Shown here: positions 1 through 9,307 of the stretch, one piece after another | How the letters are laid out: every line of letters starts with the position of its first letter | Position numbering within the stretch: the first letter of the stretch is position 1 | NCBI GenBank assembly: GCA_903860135.1 | Contig: CAIOPG010000006.1 | Span: forward strand, 21,117 to 85,116 | Length of the DNA stretch: 64,000 nucleotides | Origin: Candidatus Omnitrophota bacterium | Lineage (GTDB): Bacteria > Omnitrophota > Gorgyraeia > Zapsychrales > Fredricksoniimonadaceae | Reading direction: 5' to 3' | Translations under genes and position numbers: made by a program | The notes under the pieces: model-generated | Seen by the model: only the letters and a program-made list of their open reading frames with translations | What the model was told of the DNA's origin: nothing | Databases searched by the model: none

Positions 1-188
1 AGTCCGGAGAATTGGCCGGATCTCTTAAAGATGTGGCCGACACCTACGAACAGGAAATTTCCGAAACAACCCGCTCGGCAACAACCTTGCTTGAACCTCT
101 GCTTATTCTTGTCGTCGGGCTTGTGGTTGGGTTTATTGTCTTGGCCATGCTGTTGCCGATCTTTAGGATGGAGATGTTCGTTTCCTGA
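1..188 (+). CDS. gspF: C-terminal fragment of a T2SS/T4P platform protein (GspF/PilC family). The start lies upstream of the window; frame 3 reads ...LAGSLKDVADTYEQEISETTRSATTLLEPLLILVVGLVVGFIVLAMLLPIF...
   Basis: Translating frame 3 by hand gives the characteristic GspF/PilC C-terminal TM helix and tail. The ORF is open at the window start, with a stop at 186-188. The provided ORF track shows a different, spurious frame here. Confidence 0.55.
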   Translation, partial: SGELAGSLKDVADTYEQEISETTRSATTLLEPLLILVVGLVVGFIVLAMLLPIFRMEMFVS

Positions 189-284
189 TTTTTTCTTTTT
201 ACACAGCCATATTTTTAAGTTATGGTATTTTATTCCAGATGATCGGTCATAACCGTTCACGGATAACCATTAGGGAGGGTTGAT

Positions 285-710
285 ATGATTGACAGTACAA
301 ATATGTCCCGGCACCGGGGGTTTACACTCATCGAGATCATGCTGGTGGTCATTATTATCGGGGCACTGGCCGCGATGATCGTTCCACGCCTGGCCGGGCG
401 GTCGGAACAGGCTAAAGCTTCGGTTGCCAAGGCGGACCTGATGAATATTTCAACGGCCCTTAAGCTGTATGAATTGGATAACGGTTCTTTCCCGTCGACA
501 TCCCAAGGGCTGTCTGCCTTGCGCGAGAAATCTTCTGCCGCGCCGGCGCCAAGGAACTGGAATGGTCCTTATCTTGAGAAGGATCCGCTGGATCCGTGGG
601 GCAATGCTTATGTTTATGCTTCGCCGGGAACGCATCGTCCGGACTATGACCTTTCCTCCAAGGGCAAGGATGCCGCCGCTGCAGACGATGATATTGTTAA
701 CTGGCAGTAG
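285..710 (+). CDS. gspG: Major pseudopilin GspG (prepilin-type N-terminal cleavage/methylation domain)
   Basis: N-terminus MSRHRGFTLIEIMLVVIIIGALAAM matches the classic G|FTLIE prepilin motif. The sequence shows GspG-like length and a C-terminal region. A GGGAGG RBS sits 6 nt upstream. Confidence 0.85.
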   Translation: MIDSTNMSRHRGFTLIEIMLVVIIIGALAAMIVPRLAGRSEQAKASVAKADLMNISTALKLYELDNGSFPSTSQGLSALREKSSAAPAPRNWNGPYLEKDPLDPWGNAYVYASPGTHRPDYDLSSKGKDAAAADDDIVNWQ

Positions 711-1131
711 CTTCTTTCGCCGTCGGTGTGGCATCACCTTCATCGAGGTGATGTTGACCGTTGTGATCCTTTCCGGCGGCTTGGTCGCGCTTTACCGTTC
801 CTTTTTTTCCGCCGTGGATTATCTTGATCGTTTGTCCCTACGGCTTACCGCGATCAACTTGCTAGCAGACCGTGTGGCCATTGTCGAGAAGGACTTTCGT
901 TCTGCCAAAGATTTCGACATAGGTGTGCTCGATGAGGACGTGGTGATCAACAATCATCCGGTCAAGTTTCATTACACCGTTGGCCTCAAGCCTGTGGGGA
1001 CGCTGCTATCGGTCTTTGAACTCGAGATGGGGCTCGGGTGGCAGGATCATGGGCGTAGCACGACGCTTTCCCGCACTGTTTATGTTTCGGGGGTTACGTC
1101 GCTTGTGCCGGAACCCGGGAAGGGGACTTGA
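694..1131 (+). CDS. Minor pseudopilin (GspH/I-like) with a prepilin N-terminal motif; the TTG start is inferred
   Basis: Motif GITFIEVMLTVVILSGGLVAL. The only in-frame start codon near the motif is TTG at 694, which overlaps the gspG end. The exact start is uncertain. Confidence 0.5.
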   Translation: MLTGSSFFRRRCGITFIEVMLTVVILSGGLVALYRSFFSAVDYLDRLSLRLTAINLLADRVAIVEKDFRSAKDFDIGVLDEDVVINNHPVKFHYTVGLKPVGTLLSVFELEMGLGWQDHGRSTTLSRTVYVSGVTSLVPEPGKGT

Positions 1132-1718
1132 TGCGCCGGGGCGGGTTTACGTTCATTGAGGTTATGCTGGTTTCGGCACTGTTCGCGATCCTTTCTGTTT
1201 CGATCTTCAAGTGCCTGCTCGATGGCATCAGACTTTCTGCACGGGCGAAGCAAATGATGTCCGGCGAGGATTCCGTACTTTTGTTCGACCGCCTGTCCTC
1301 TGATCTTCGCAACACATTCTTTTTTTCAAATATAGATTTTTCCGGTGATGAATTAAGCGTGGCATTTCCCTGCGTTATCTGGACACCGGCTGACCGCGTG
1401 AGCCTGCGCGCCGGGGAAGGCGTTGTTGACCAGATTGGCCGGGTTTCTTATGTTTATGATCCTTTCAAGGAAACGCTGGTGCGTCGTCAGGCCAATTATT
1501 CCCAGGCGCTGGCCGGCACCTGGGGACTCGATGAAGTGATGGTCGCCGGCGTTAAATCATTCCGGTTGCGATATTATTTCAAAGCCTCGCCGGAGCCTTC
1601 CACCCATGTCGCGGCGGCAGACGGTATCCCGTCAGGTGTTGAGCTTGAGTTGTCTGTGGTGGCCACGGACGGGACAAAGGTATTCAAACGTTATGTGGCT
1701 GTTCCGGCGGGGGTATAG
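1131..1718 (+). CDS. Minor pseudopilin (GspJ-like)
   Basis: N-terminus MRRGGFTFIEVMLVSALFAILSV. ATG 1131 overlaps the stop of the upstream gene (TGATG). Confidence 0.6.
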   Translation: MRRGGFTFIEVMLVSALFAILSVSIFKCLLDGIRLSARAKQMMSGEDSVLLFDRLSSDLRNTFFFSNIDFSGDELSVAFPCVIWTPADRVSLRAGEGVVDQIGRVSYVYDPFKETLVRRQANYSQALAGTWGLDEVMVAGVKSFRLRYYFKASPEPSTHVAAADGIPSGVELELSVVATDGTKVFKRYVAVPAGV

Positions 1719-2741
1719 ATGACGGCGATGCGGCGGCAAGGGTTTATCCTGATAACAGCACTATGGACACTGGCATTTTTGGCTGTGCTTGCTGTTACAC
1801 TTTTGGCCGGTGTGCGCCAGCGGATATTCCTTTTTCAGAGGATCGAGGATCGGCTGCGTGTCCAGTCTGCCGCCGAGGCCGGAGCCAAGAAAGCGCAGGC
1901 GGTTATCCTTGATGCCATGGAAGATGCCGCGGGAACATTCTCGGCGCAAGTAAAACAGCGTCTGGGCAATAATCCGGCGGAATTTTCCGCCATCGTTGTC
2001 GACGGTGTTTCTGTCGAGGTGGTGCATGAAACACCTGATGCGTTGACGGCGAGCCTTGTGGCGGTGTGGGGAGTGGCGGACGAGCAGTCCAGGTTCAACA
2101 TCAACACCGTTGCGCGCGATGTGCTGGCACGCCTGGCCGCAGAGGTCCTTGCCTGCAACGAGGCTGAAGCCCGCGCGGTTGCTGACGCGGTTGTGGACTG
2201 GCGTGATTACGGACGACATGAAACCGAAGGTTTTTTTAGCGGTGATTATTACAAGAGCCTTGAGTTTCCCTATCCGGTAAAAGAAAAACCGTTTGAGCGT
2301 GTCGATGAGCTTCTCCTTGTGAAAGGGTTTGACCGTAAGATATTTGACCGCCTAGCGCCTTTTGTGACTGTCTATGGTGACGGTCGCGTCAACATCAATA
2401 CCGCGTCGCGACCAGTGCTTATCGCGCTCGGCTTCGATGCCATGCTGGTTGACAAAATCCTCCGTGTCCGTCGAGGCGTAGACAATGTCGAGGCTACGGC
2501 GGACGATCATGTTTTTACCTTCGCCTTTGATATCGCGGCTGAAACGGCCAAGGCCGTGGCGCTGGAGCCGCGCGAGGTCAACCAGATCAATGAGCTGAAT
2601 GCCCGGAATCTGCTGGCCACCGAGTCCGGTATTTATTCTTTTTTAAGCCGGGTGCCTGCGCCTGACGGCGGATACAAGAGGTCTATCAGCTGTGTTTTTA
2701 GTGTATTTGAAAGCAAGGTATTGTACTGGTATGAAAAATAA
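1719..2741 (+). CDS. gspK: T2SS minor pseudopilin GspK-like
   Basis: Motif GFILITALWTLAFLAVLAVTL. Size of 340 aa is typical of GspK. The start immediately follows the upstream stop (TAGATG). Confidence 0.6.
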   Translation: MTAMRRQGFILITALWTLAFLAVLAVTLLAGVRQRIFLFQRIEDRLRVQSAAEAGAKKAQAVILDAMEDAAGTFSAQVKQRLGNNPAEFSAIVVDGVSVEVVHETPDALTASLVAVWGVADEQSRFNINTVARDVLARLAAEVLACNEAEARAVADAVVDWRDYGRHETEGFFSGDYYKSLEFPYPVKEKPFERVDELLLVKGFDRKIFDRLAPFVTVYGDGRVNINTASRPVLIALGFDAMLVDKILRVRRGVDNVEATADDHVFTFAFDIAAETAKAVALEPREVNQINELNARNLLATESGIYSFLSRVPAPDGGYKRSISCVFSVFESKVLYWYEK

Positions 2742-2796
2742 TCAATTTTATGTTGATGCCCTTTAAAGACATAGTCTATAATGTTCGCAACAAAGA

Positions 2797-4293
2797 TTGG
2801 ATACTATGACGCATAAATATAAAAAGTACATTACGATCTCGATCAACCCGGCCAGTGTCAAAGTGGCGCAGATCACATCCGGCGGTTTTGTGGAGAAGCT
2901 CTCCCGGCGCAGCATTTCAGGCGGGGCGGTGGATGCCGTATTACGCGATGCGTTGACAGGGTTTCAGACACGGCAGGCTGGGATCGTATGTGTGATCCCC
3001 GGTGATGTGGCCACTACAAAATTCCTGGATGTTCCTGCCGTTGACAATGACGAGATAGATGCCATCCTTGCTTTGCAGGCGTCGCGCCATACGCCATTTA
3101 GTAAGGACGAGATTTTGACCGGTTACGTCAAGATCCGTTCCCCGCGTGCGAATTTTACCAGCGTTCTTCTGGTGGTGGTTAAACGTCAGATCGTCAAGGA
3201 AAAGATCGCTGTTATGCGTATGGCGGGGCTGGAAGTTGCCGCTGTCACATTTGTGCCCGAAGGGGTAGCCCGTCTTTACGCGCAAGCACTTAATTTTCGC
3301 AAAAATGGTTCTGCTTTTATTGTTGATGTGGATGTGCAGAACACGCATTTTGTTATTTTGGCCGAAGGGACGGCTGTTATGGCGCGCAGTATCCCTGTCG
3401 GGATCGAACAGCTCAAGGCTGATCCGGCCACTGTCGCGAGGATCGCGGCCGAGGCAAAGGCATCAGTTGATGCCTTTGTCCAGGAGGGTGGGGTTCGTCC
3501 GGCCAGGCTTATCCTGACATCCGATCATCCTGCCTTGACAGCCCTGAGCGATCCACTGGCAGAAGCCCTTTTGCTGAAAGCAGAATATTTGCCTTATCAG
3601 AATTTAGCCAAGGGCTTCCCTGGCATGAAACAGCAGATCAACAGGGATTATATTGATGATACCGCCCTTGACGTTCTTGCGGCGGGGGTAACAATACAAA
3701 AGTGCGCAGCTGAACTTTTGCCGCAGGATCTGAAGGATCAGCGGATGGTCGCTGAAAAAGGCGGCGAAACCATGAAAGCAGGTATTCTTGTCCTGATGGC
3801 GTTCCTTTTCATCGGCGCGGGGCTTTTGAGCCGTGTTTATTTCAAGGATCTTTTCTTCAGGCAGAATCTTGTTGAGAAATATGCAGGCCAGAAAAAAGAG
3901 GTTGATCTCCTGGAAAAGATGATCGTCAAGACGGATATTTTACATACGTATATTCAGGATCGTCAAATCCCGCTCGAGGCGATCACCGAGCTTTACAGGA
4001 TCATCCCTGAGGAAATTTATCTTTCGGGTGTCAGCATTGATGAAAAAGGTGAGGTTGCTATCCAGGGCATTTCTGAATCGATGTCACGCGTTTTCTCTCT
4101 GGTTACGGCACTTGAAGAATCGCCACTTTTTGAAAATGTCAAGACCCGGTCGACCACGGCCAGGAAAGATCGCGGTAAGGATGTCGCGGTATTTGAAATT
4201 GCGTTCAAGCTTTCGACAGCCACAAAGGATGCAGGAGTAAAAGACGATACAATCACACGGCAGGGAAACCAAGGAGCGGGCCTTGATAAGTAA
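2797..4293 (+). CDS. PilM-like actin-fold ATPase domain fused to a PilN/GspL-like transmembrane and periplasmic domain (T2SS/T4P inner-membrane assembly protein)
   Basis: N-terminal about 330 aa are PilM-like. A TM segment (MKAGILVLMAFLFIGAGLL) follows, then a PilN-like C-terminal domain. Position is inside the pseudopilin operon. Confidence 0.55.
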   Translation: MDTMTHKYKKYITISINPASVKVAQITSGGFVEKLSRRSISGGAVDAVLRDALTGFQTRQAGIVCVIPGDVATTKFLDVPAVDNDEIDAILALQASRHTPFSKDEILTGYVKIRSPRANFTSVLLVVVKRQIVKEKIAVMRMAGLEVAAVTFVPEGVARLYAQALNFRKNGSAFIVDVDVQNTHFVILAEGTAVMARSIPVGIEQLKADPATVARIAAEAKASVDAFVQEGGVRPARLILTSDHPALTALSDPLAEALLLKAEYLPYQNLAKGFPGMKQQINRDYIDDTALDVLAAGVTIQKCAAELLPQDLKDQRMVAEKGGETMKAGILVLMAFLFIGAGLLSRVYFKDLFFRQNLVEKYAGQKKEVDLLEKMIVKTDILHTYIQDRQIPLEAITELYRIIPEEIYLSGVSIDEKGEVAIQGISESMSRVFSLVTALEESPLFENVKTRSTTARKDRGKDVAVFEIAFKLSTATKDAGVKDDTITRQGNQGAGLDK

Positions 4294-4909
4294 ATTTATT
4301 TCCGGGCTTTCTTCAAATGAACGCAAGATACTTACGGTCGCGTCCTTGTTTGTTCTTTTTGCTCTTTTCGACAGGCTTCTGGTGGGGCCTTCGTTGGGCC
4401 GGATGAAAGAACTCGACGAAAGCATCGCCAAAGAAGAAGATACTGTCCGCAGGAATCTTCGTTTTCTGGGTTACAAGGAGCGCATTGTCGGGCAAGCGGC
4501 CGCTTTCCGTGATTTCTATACGCAAGAGGTGCGCAGTGAAGATGAGGTTATTGCGGATTTCCTGAAAAAGATGGAAGGCATGGGATCGCAGGCGCAGGTT
4601 ACCTTGTCGAAGATATCGCCTGCCGGTCAGGAAGCGCAGAAGGATTATATCAAATATTTTGTGACCATGGATTGTACGGGCAAGCTTGAGAATCTCATGA
4701 CTCTTGTCTATACGATCAACAATGCGCAGGAATTGATCAAAGTTGAGAAAGTCAGTTTTTCCGGCAATTCGCGCGGAGCTGATACCGTCCAGGCTAACCT
4801 GACGGTTTCCAAAATGATCATCGGCGTAGATCCTTCCGTCGAAGCCAAAGCCCTTGTGCATGAAAAAGAGGTTGTCAAGGCCGAGGTCAACGCGGACATG
4901 GCAAAATGA
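4283..4909 (+). CDS. GspM/PilO-like bitopic inner-membrane assembly protein
   Basis: N-terminal TM helix and about 180 aa periplasmic domain. Overlaps the upstream gene by 11 nt. Called by context; direct similarity is weak. Confidence 0.4.
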   Translation: MISKFISGLSSNERKILTVASLFVLFALFDRLLVGPSLGRMKELDESIAKEEDTVRRNLRFLGYKERIVGQAAAFRDFYTQEVRSEDEVIADFLKKMEGMGSQAQVTLSKISPAGQEAQKDYIKYFVTMDCTGKLENLMTLVYTINNAQELIKVEKVSFSGNSRGADTVQANLTVSKMIIGVDPSVEAKALVHEKEVVKAEVNADMAK

Positions 4910-5700
4910 TCCCCTTCTGGCACCGGGCTTTTGCCTTGTGCGTCCTTTTTTTATGGGTATCCTCTGTTTGTGTTTCTGCCCTTCCATTAAGCCGGGAACA
5001 GTTATTTCAGCTGGCCACCATCGCGGCGGGAGAACATCAATTCGAACGTGCCATTGAACTTTTTCAGAAGGTCATTGAGAAAGAGCCTGCGTTCGCGCCA
5101 GCTTATAACGGGATCGGGCTTGTTCATCAATCAGACGAGAATGGTTCGATGGCTGAAGCGCTCCGCTATTTCAGGCTCGCTGTTGACATAGATCCGCAAT
5201 ACATTGAAGGTTGGAATAATCTGGGGCGTACATATTATACCCAAGGGAGTTTTGTAGAAGCGGAGCAGGCTTTTTTGTCCTCACTGCGCCTGAAACCCGG
5301 GCAAACAGATATTGAATTTTCCCTGGGCTGGGATTATCTTCTGGGGCAGTCCCGTCCAGATGAGGCCATTGATTATTTTGATAAAGTGATCGCGCATCAG
5401 GATAATCCCATGATCTATTACGGGATGGGGCTGGCGAATCTCCTTAAAGGCGATCGGTTAAAAGTGATCGAGGCTGTGACGCAATTACGCCGCCACCAGC
5501 GGGAAGAACAGGCTGTCCGCCTTGAAACCATGCTCAGGGAAAATGTCCTGATCAATTCCAAACCGGGGTTGCCATTGGTGACGGGTACGAAAGAGGATGA
5601 GTCATTGTTTGATCGTCAGCTTAAAGAGCTTGAGGCTAAAGGGTATAATGGCCAGGGTAAGGAAGGTATCAAGGTTCGTCTGAAAGGACCTTTATTGTGA
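4906..5700 (+). CDS. Secreted TPR-repeat protein
   Basis: Signal peptide then TPR-like repeats (AYNGIGLVH..., GWNNLGRTYYTQGSFVEA...). ATGA overlap with the upstream gene. Confidence 0.55.
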   Translation: MIPFWHRAFALCVLFLWVSSVCVSALPLSREQLFQLATIAAGEHQFERAIELFQKVIEKEPAFAPAYNGIGLVHQSDENGSMAEALRYFRLAVDIDPQYIEGWNNLGRTYYTQGSFVEAEQAFLSSLRLKPGQTDIEFSLGWDYLLGQSRPDEAIDYFDKVIAHQDNPMIYYGMGLANLLKGDRLKVIEAVTQLRRHQREEQAVRLETMLRENVLINSKPGLPLVTGTKEDESLFDRQLKELEAKGYNGQGKEGIKVRLKGPLL

Positions 5701-6836
5701 AGAAGAACTTTATCGTCTGTGTTGCGCTGGGGACGCGTCCTGAGGCTATCAAGCTTGCGCCTGTGATCATGGCCTTGCGTGCCACCTCGGGGGTCACGGT
5801 GCGCGTGCTTGTCACGGGACAGCACCGTGTCATGATGGACGAGGCGCTGGCGGTGTTTGGCATCACCCCTGATCATGATCTGAATATTATGCGTAAAGGC
5901 CAGGCCCTGTTTGATGTCACCGCACGTATCCTTCAGGGGGTGCCGCGCGTCCTGGCGCAGGAACCGGTTGACCTGATGGTCGTTCAGGGGGACACGGCGA
6001 CCACCTTTGCCTGTGCCCTGGCGGCGTATTATCACCGTATCCCGGTGGCGCATGTTGAGGCGGGGTTACGGACGGGAGATAAATACAGGCCTTTTCCTGA
6101 AGAAGTAAATCGGCGTTTGACCGGTGTCCTAGCAGACCTTCATTTTCCGCCAACGCCGCAAGCAGAGCAGGCACTCTTGCGCGAAGGGGTTGCCCGTCAG
6201 CGGGTGATCATGACCGGCAATACGGTGGTCGATGCGCTTCGCCAGGCGGCCGTGGCCAAACAAGGTTTTACGCATCCGCTATTGAAGACACTCGATGCGT
6301 CTGGCCGCAAGCTGGTGCTGGTGACCTTGCATCGGCGGGAGAGTTTCGGTGATGGGTTGCGCCAGGTCCTGCTGGCCTTGCGGGATATCAGCGTACTGCC
6401 CGGCGTGGATGTGGTGTATCCGGTGCATTTGAATCCGCAGGTGCGCGCGCAGGTCAAGGAAACGCTGGCCGGCGGGAAGGTGCATCTCCTGGAACCTTTG
6501 ACGTATGATCAATTTATTCTTTTGATGAAGAAAGCGCGCGTGATCGTGACGGATTCAGGCGGTATTCAGGAAGAGGCTTGCGCGTTAAGAAAGCCGGTGC
6601 TTATCACCCGTGAGACAACGGAACGCCCGGAGGCTGTCGCGTCGGGGTTTGCGGAACTGCTTGGGTTTGACCGCCCCCGCATTACGGCTGCCGCTGAGCG
6701 ACTCCTGACAGATGAAAAATATTACCGTGAACGCACGCGCCATGTGAATCCTTTCGGTGACGGAAAAGCGTCTGTACGTATCGCCAAGGCGTGTTTGAGT
6801 TACCTTAAAGAAAATCAATCCCGAGGTAAAATATGA
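5697..6836 (+). CDS. wecB: UDP-N-acetylglucosamine 2-epimerase (non-hydrolysing)
   Basis: Motifs VALGTRPEAIKLAPV, VTGQHR, HVEAGLRT, DSGGIQEE. GTG start overlaps the TPR gene stop (GTGA). Confidence 0.9.
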   Translation: MKKNFIVCVALGTRPEAIKLAPVIMALRATSGVTVRVLVTGQHRVMMDEALAVFGITPDHDLNIMRKGQALFDVTARILQGVPRVLAQEPVDLMVVQGDTATTFACALAAYYHRIPVAHVEAGLRTGDKYRPFPEEVNRRLTGVLADLHFPPTPQAEQALLREGVARQRVIMTGNTVVDALRQAAVAKQGFTHPLLKTLDASGRKLVLVTLHRRESFGDGLRQVLLALRDISVLPGVDVVYPVHLNPQVRAQVKETLAGGKVHLLEPLTYDQFILLMKKARVIVTDSGGIQEEACALRKPVLITRETTERPEAVASGFAELLGFDRPRITAAAERLLTDEKYYRERTRHVNPFGDGKASVRIAKACLSYLKENQSRGKI

Positions 6837-7528
6837 TATCCATTGTCGTTCCTGCGTATAACGAAGAAGAGGTTATTGTGCGTTTCCTGGAAGCATGTGT
6901 CCGGGACATCCGGCGCGACCTGCCTTTTGAGATCGTGGTCGTCAATGACGGCAGCCGTGATAATACGCGTGAACTGGTGCGCGGGTTTACGGCCAAGTAC
7001 GCGTTCATCCGTCTCGTGGACCACGAGGTCAACCGTGGCCTGGGGAAGGCACTGGAAACCGGCATCGCGGCGGCGCGCGGGGATGTTATTGTCACCATGG
7101 ATTCAGACCTGACCCATCCGCCGGCCATGATCCGTGAATTGGCAGCCGGCCTCAAGGATGCGGATATCTGCATCGCATCACGTTATGTGAAAGGCGGCGG
7201 CATGAAGGATGTCCCTGCCTGGCGCGTGTGGGTCAGCCGTTTGGCGAACTATCTGTTCGATCTGATCTTCTGGACGAACATCAAGGATCTTTCTTCCGGT
7301 TTCAAGGCATACCGCGCCCAACATCTGAAGAAGGCGCCGATCATGTCCAACGGATTCGAGTGCCAGATGGAGATCATGCTTTATTTTATCAAGAACAAAC
7401 TGCGTTCGCGTGAAATCCCGCTCATGCTCAAGAACCGTGAATTTGGCACGTCCAAGTTCCAGTTTGTCAAGATGGGGATGAAGTATGTGCGCAGCCTCAA
7501 GCGTTTCCTCGTCTACCGCTGGTCATGA
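6833..7528 (+). CDS. GT2 polyprenyl-phosphate sugar synthase (DPM1/ArnC/GtrB-like)
   Basis: Motifs ISIVVPAYNEEE, VVNDGSRDNT, DSDLTHPP. ATGA overlap with wecB. Confidence 0.85.
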   Translation: MISIVVPAYNEEEVIVRFLEACVRDIRRDLPFEIVVVNDGSRDNTRELVRGFTAKYAFIRLVDHEVNRGLGKALETGIAAARGDVIVTMDSDLTHPPAMIRELAAGLKDADICIASRYVKGGGMKDVPAWRVWVSRLANYLFDLIFWTNIKDLSSGFKAYRAQHLKKAPIMSNGFECQMEIMLYFIKNKLRSREIPLMLKNREFGTSKFQFVKMGMKYVRSLKRFLVYRWS

Positions 7529-7529
7529 T

Positions 7530-9182
7530 ATGAACCGGCCTGTTTTTTCATGGTTGACGGTGAGATCTTTTCAGATCGGGCTTATTGCCCTCGGGTTGGT
7601 GTTGCGCTGCATTCATTACGTCGAGAACCGCTCGTTCTGGCAGGATGAGCTATGCCTGGCGCTGAGCATTGTCAACCGTTCGTTCACGGAAATATTCCAT
7701 AACACCCTTCTTTTTCCTGATTTTGCCCAAGCACCGCTGTTGTTTCAATTCATGGTAAAGATCTTTGCCGGTGTGTTCGGCAACAATGAAATGGCACTCC
7801 GGTTTTTTCCGTTTGTGACCGGGGTCGCCGCGCTTTTCCTTGCCCGGCGTTTTTTTAATCGCCTGCTGGCACCCATCCCTGCCACCCTGGCGCTAGGCCT
7901 TTTCGCCCTGGCCGAACCGCTTGTTTATTTTTCAGCAGAACTCAAACCGTACGGCGTTGATGTTTTTGCGGCGTTGTTGGTGTATGAAATGTTTTTTGCC
8001 TTGAAGGAACGCTGGACATTGCGGCATTTGGCTGTTTTTATGGCGGGTGGAGCCTTGGTGATCTGGCTGTCGAATGCCATGCTCTTTATTCTTGCCGGAG
8101 CAGGGCTTGTGTTCGGCCTTGATCATCTGAAGCGGCAGGAATGGTCTAAAGTGCGTCAGCTGGCGATGGCTTATGGTCTATGGCTGGTTAGTTTTTTAAT
8201 CTTGTACAAGGTTTCGTTGAGCGGGATGCTCAATCATGACCTGGTGAGGAACTGGCGTCTGGCAGGCGGGTTTTCGCCCGAACCTGCGTTCTCGTTGGGC
8301 TGGCTGGTGTGGATCGCCAAGGCTTTTCTGGATATGTTCCGTTCACCCTTAGGGCTCGGCTGGACGGGGTTGATGGCGGTCTTCTTCTTCTGCGGTTGCT
8401 GGTTTATTTATCGCCGGGACAGGTTGCTTCTGTGGCTATTAATGGCACCGCTCTTGCTGGTGTTGTCGGCTGGTGCTTTCGACAAGTACCCCTTCTTTGA
8501 ACGACTAGTTCTTTTCCTTGTGCCCGCCGTGCTTGTCATCCTAGCTGAGGGTGTCTGTGGCGTTGCTTTTTCCAGGGTCTGGCAGGGGCGGGCCTGGGGG
8601 TCATGGATCGTTATAGCCGCTGTCCTGTGGTATCCTGTGTCGGCGGCGGCCTGGCAGGCGGTGCATCCGCGCGGGCATGAAGATAACCGTGCGGCCATGC
8701 AGTACCTGACAGATCATTACCGCCCAGGTGACATGGTGGCGATAAGCCCTCAAGCCCAGTATCCATTCTGGTATTACAGCCAGCGCATGGGGCTCACCAG
8801 CCGTTTGCCGATGCATCCGGCGGGGGCATCGGGAGAGCGCGTGACACCCGTGATCCAGCTGTTTCCTGATATTGTGCCTGAATCTGGGCAGGAGATGCTC
8901 GCGTTGCGCCAGACCCTCAGTGTGTATGATGCCGCCGGTTATTATCGTTCTTTCCGGCTGGCTGGGCGCTCGAGTGCCCCTTTGTTTGTCCCCGCGGCAT
9001 CGCCCGCGATCCTCAAAGGCATGGGCCGGGTATGGGTCTTCTTGTCGCATCACAATAATGCCCGTTACCCGTTATTTGTGGATCAGGTGTTTTCACGTGC
9101 CGGAGAGCGGCTGGATTACTTCGAACGGCCTGGTGTTTGTGTTGGCCTTTATGACGTTCCTTTGGCCGATAAGAAAAAGTAA
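7530..9182 (+). CDS. Polytopic GT-C glycosyltransferase of the ArnT/PMT (COG1807-like) family with a C-terminal periplasmic domain
   Basis: More than 10 predicted TM helices. A QDE motif lies in the first loop after TM1. Sits 1 nt after the GT2 stop. ATG at the MNRP codon was chosen over the upstream in-frame ATG at 7485, which overlaps the GT2 gene. Confidence 0.6.
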   Translation: MNRPVFSWLTVRSFQIGLIALGLVLRCIHYVENRSFWQDELCLALSIVNRSFTEIFHNTLLFPDFAQAPLLFQFMVKIFAGVFGNNEMALRFFPFVTGVAALFLARRFFNRLLAPIPATLALGLFALAEPLVYFSAELKPYGVDVFAALLVYEMFFALKERWTLRHLAVFMAGGALVIWLSNAMLFILAGAGLVFGLDHLKRQEWSKVRQLAMAYGLWLVSFLILYKVSLSGMLNHDLVRNWRLAGGFSPEPAFSLGWLVWIAKAFLDMFRSPLGLGWTGLMAVFFFCGCWFIYRRDRLLLWLLMAPLLLVLSAGAFDKYPFFERLVLFLVPAVLVILAEGVCGVAFSRVWQGRAWGSWIVIAAVLWYPVSAAAWQAVHPRGHEDNRAAMQYLTDHYRPGDMVAISPQAQYPFWYYSQRMGLTSRLPMHPAGASGERVTPVIQLFPDIVPESGQEMLALRQTLSVYDAAGYYRSFRLAGRSSAPLFVPAASPAILKGMGRVWVFLSHHNNARYPLFVDQVFSRAGERLDYFERPGVCVGLYDVPLADKKK

Positions 9183-9261
9183 AACGCAACGCCTTTGCCT
9201 TGTTTTTGAGAAAGCACGTTGTGTTTGGTATAGCGAATTAAAAATTGTTCCCCCGTGTGCC

Positions 9262-9290
9262 TTGAAAACCCCATTAGTATATGGTATCTT
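9262..9290 (+). promoter_or_regulatory. Putative sigma70 promoter with an extended -10: TTGAAA, 17-nt spacer, TGgTATCTT
   Basis: -35 TTGAAA at 9262-9267. TGnTATCTT at 9282-9290. Contains the recurrent TATATGnTAT(C/A)TT motif. Confidence 0.35.
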
Positions 9291-9307
9291 TTCCTTTGTG
9301 AAGAAAG

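Noticed and set aside
450-743. Minus-strand ORF of 97 aa overlapping gspG
   Set aside because: Shadow ORF antisense to a confidently identified pseudopilin gene, with no motifs. The same reasoning applies to the other long antisense ORFs inside atp, polA, thiC, trkH, glgA, M16 and corA genes (for example 18187-18777, 18749-19456, 19437-19985, 23982-24767, 28552-29385, 35940-36623, 52108-53058).
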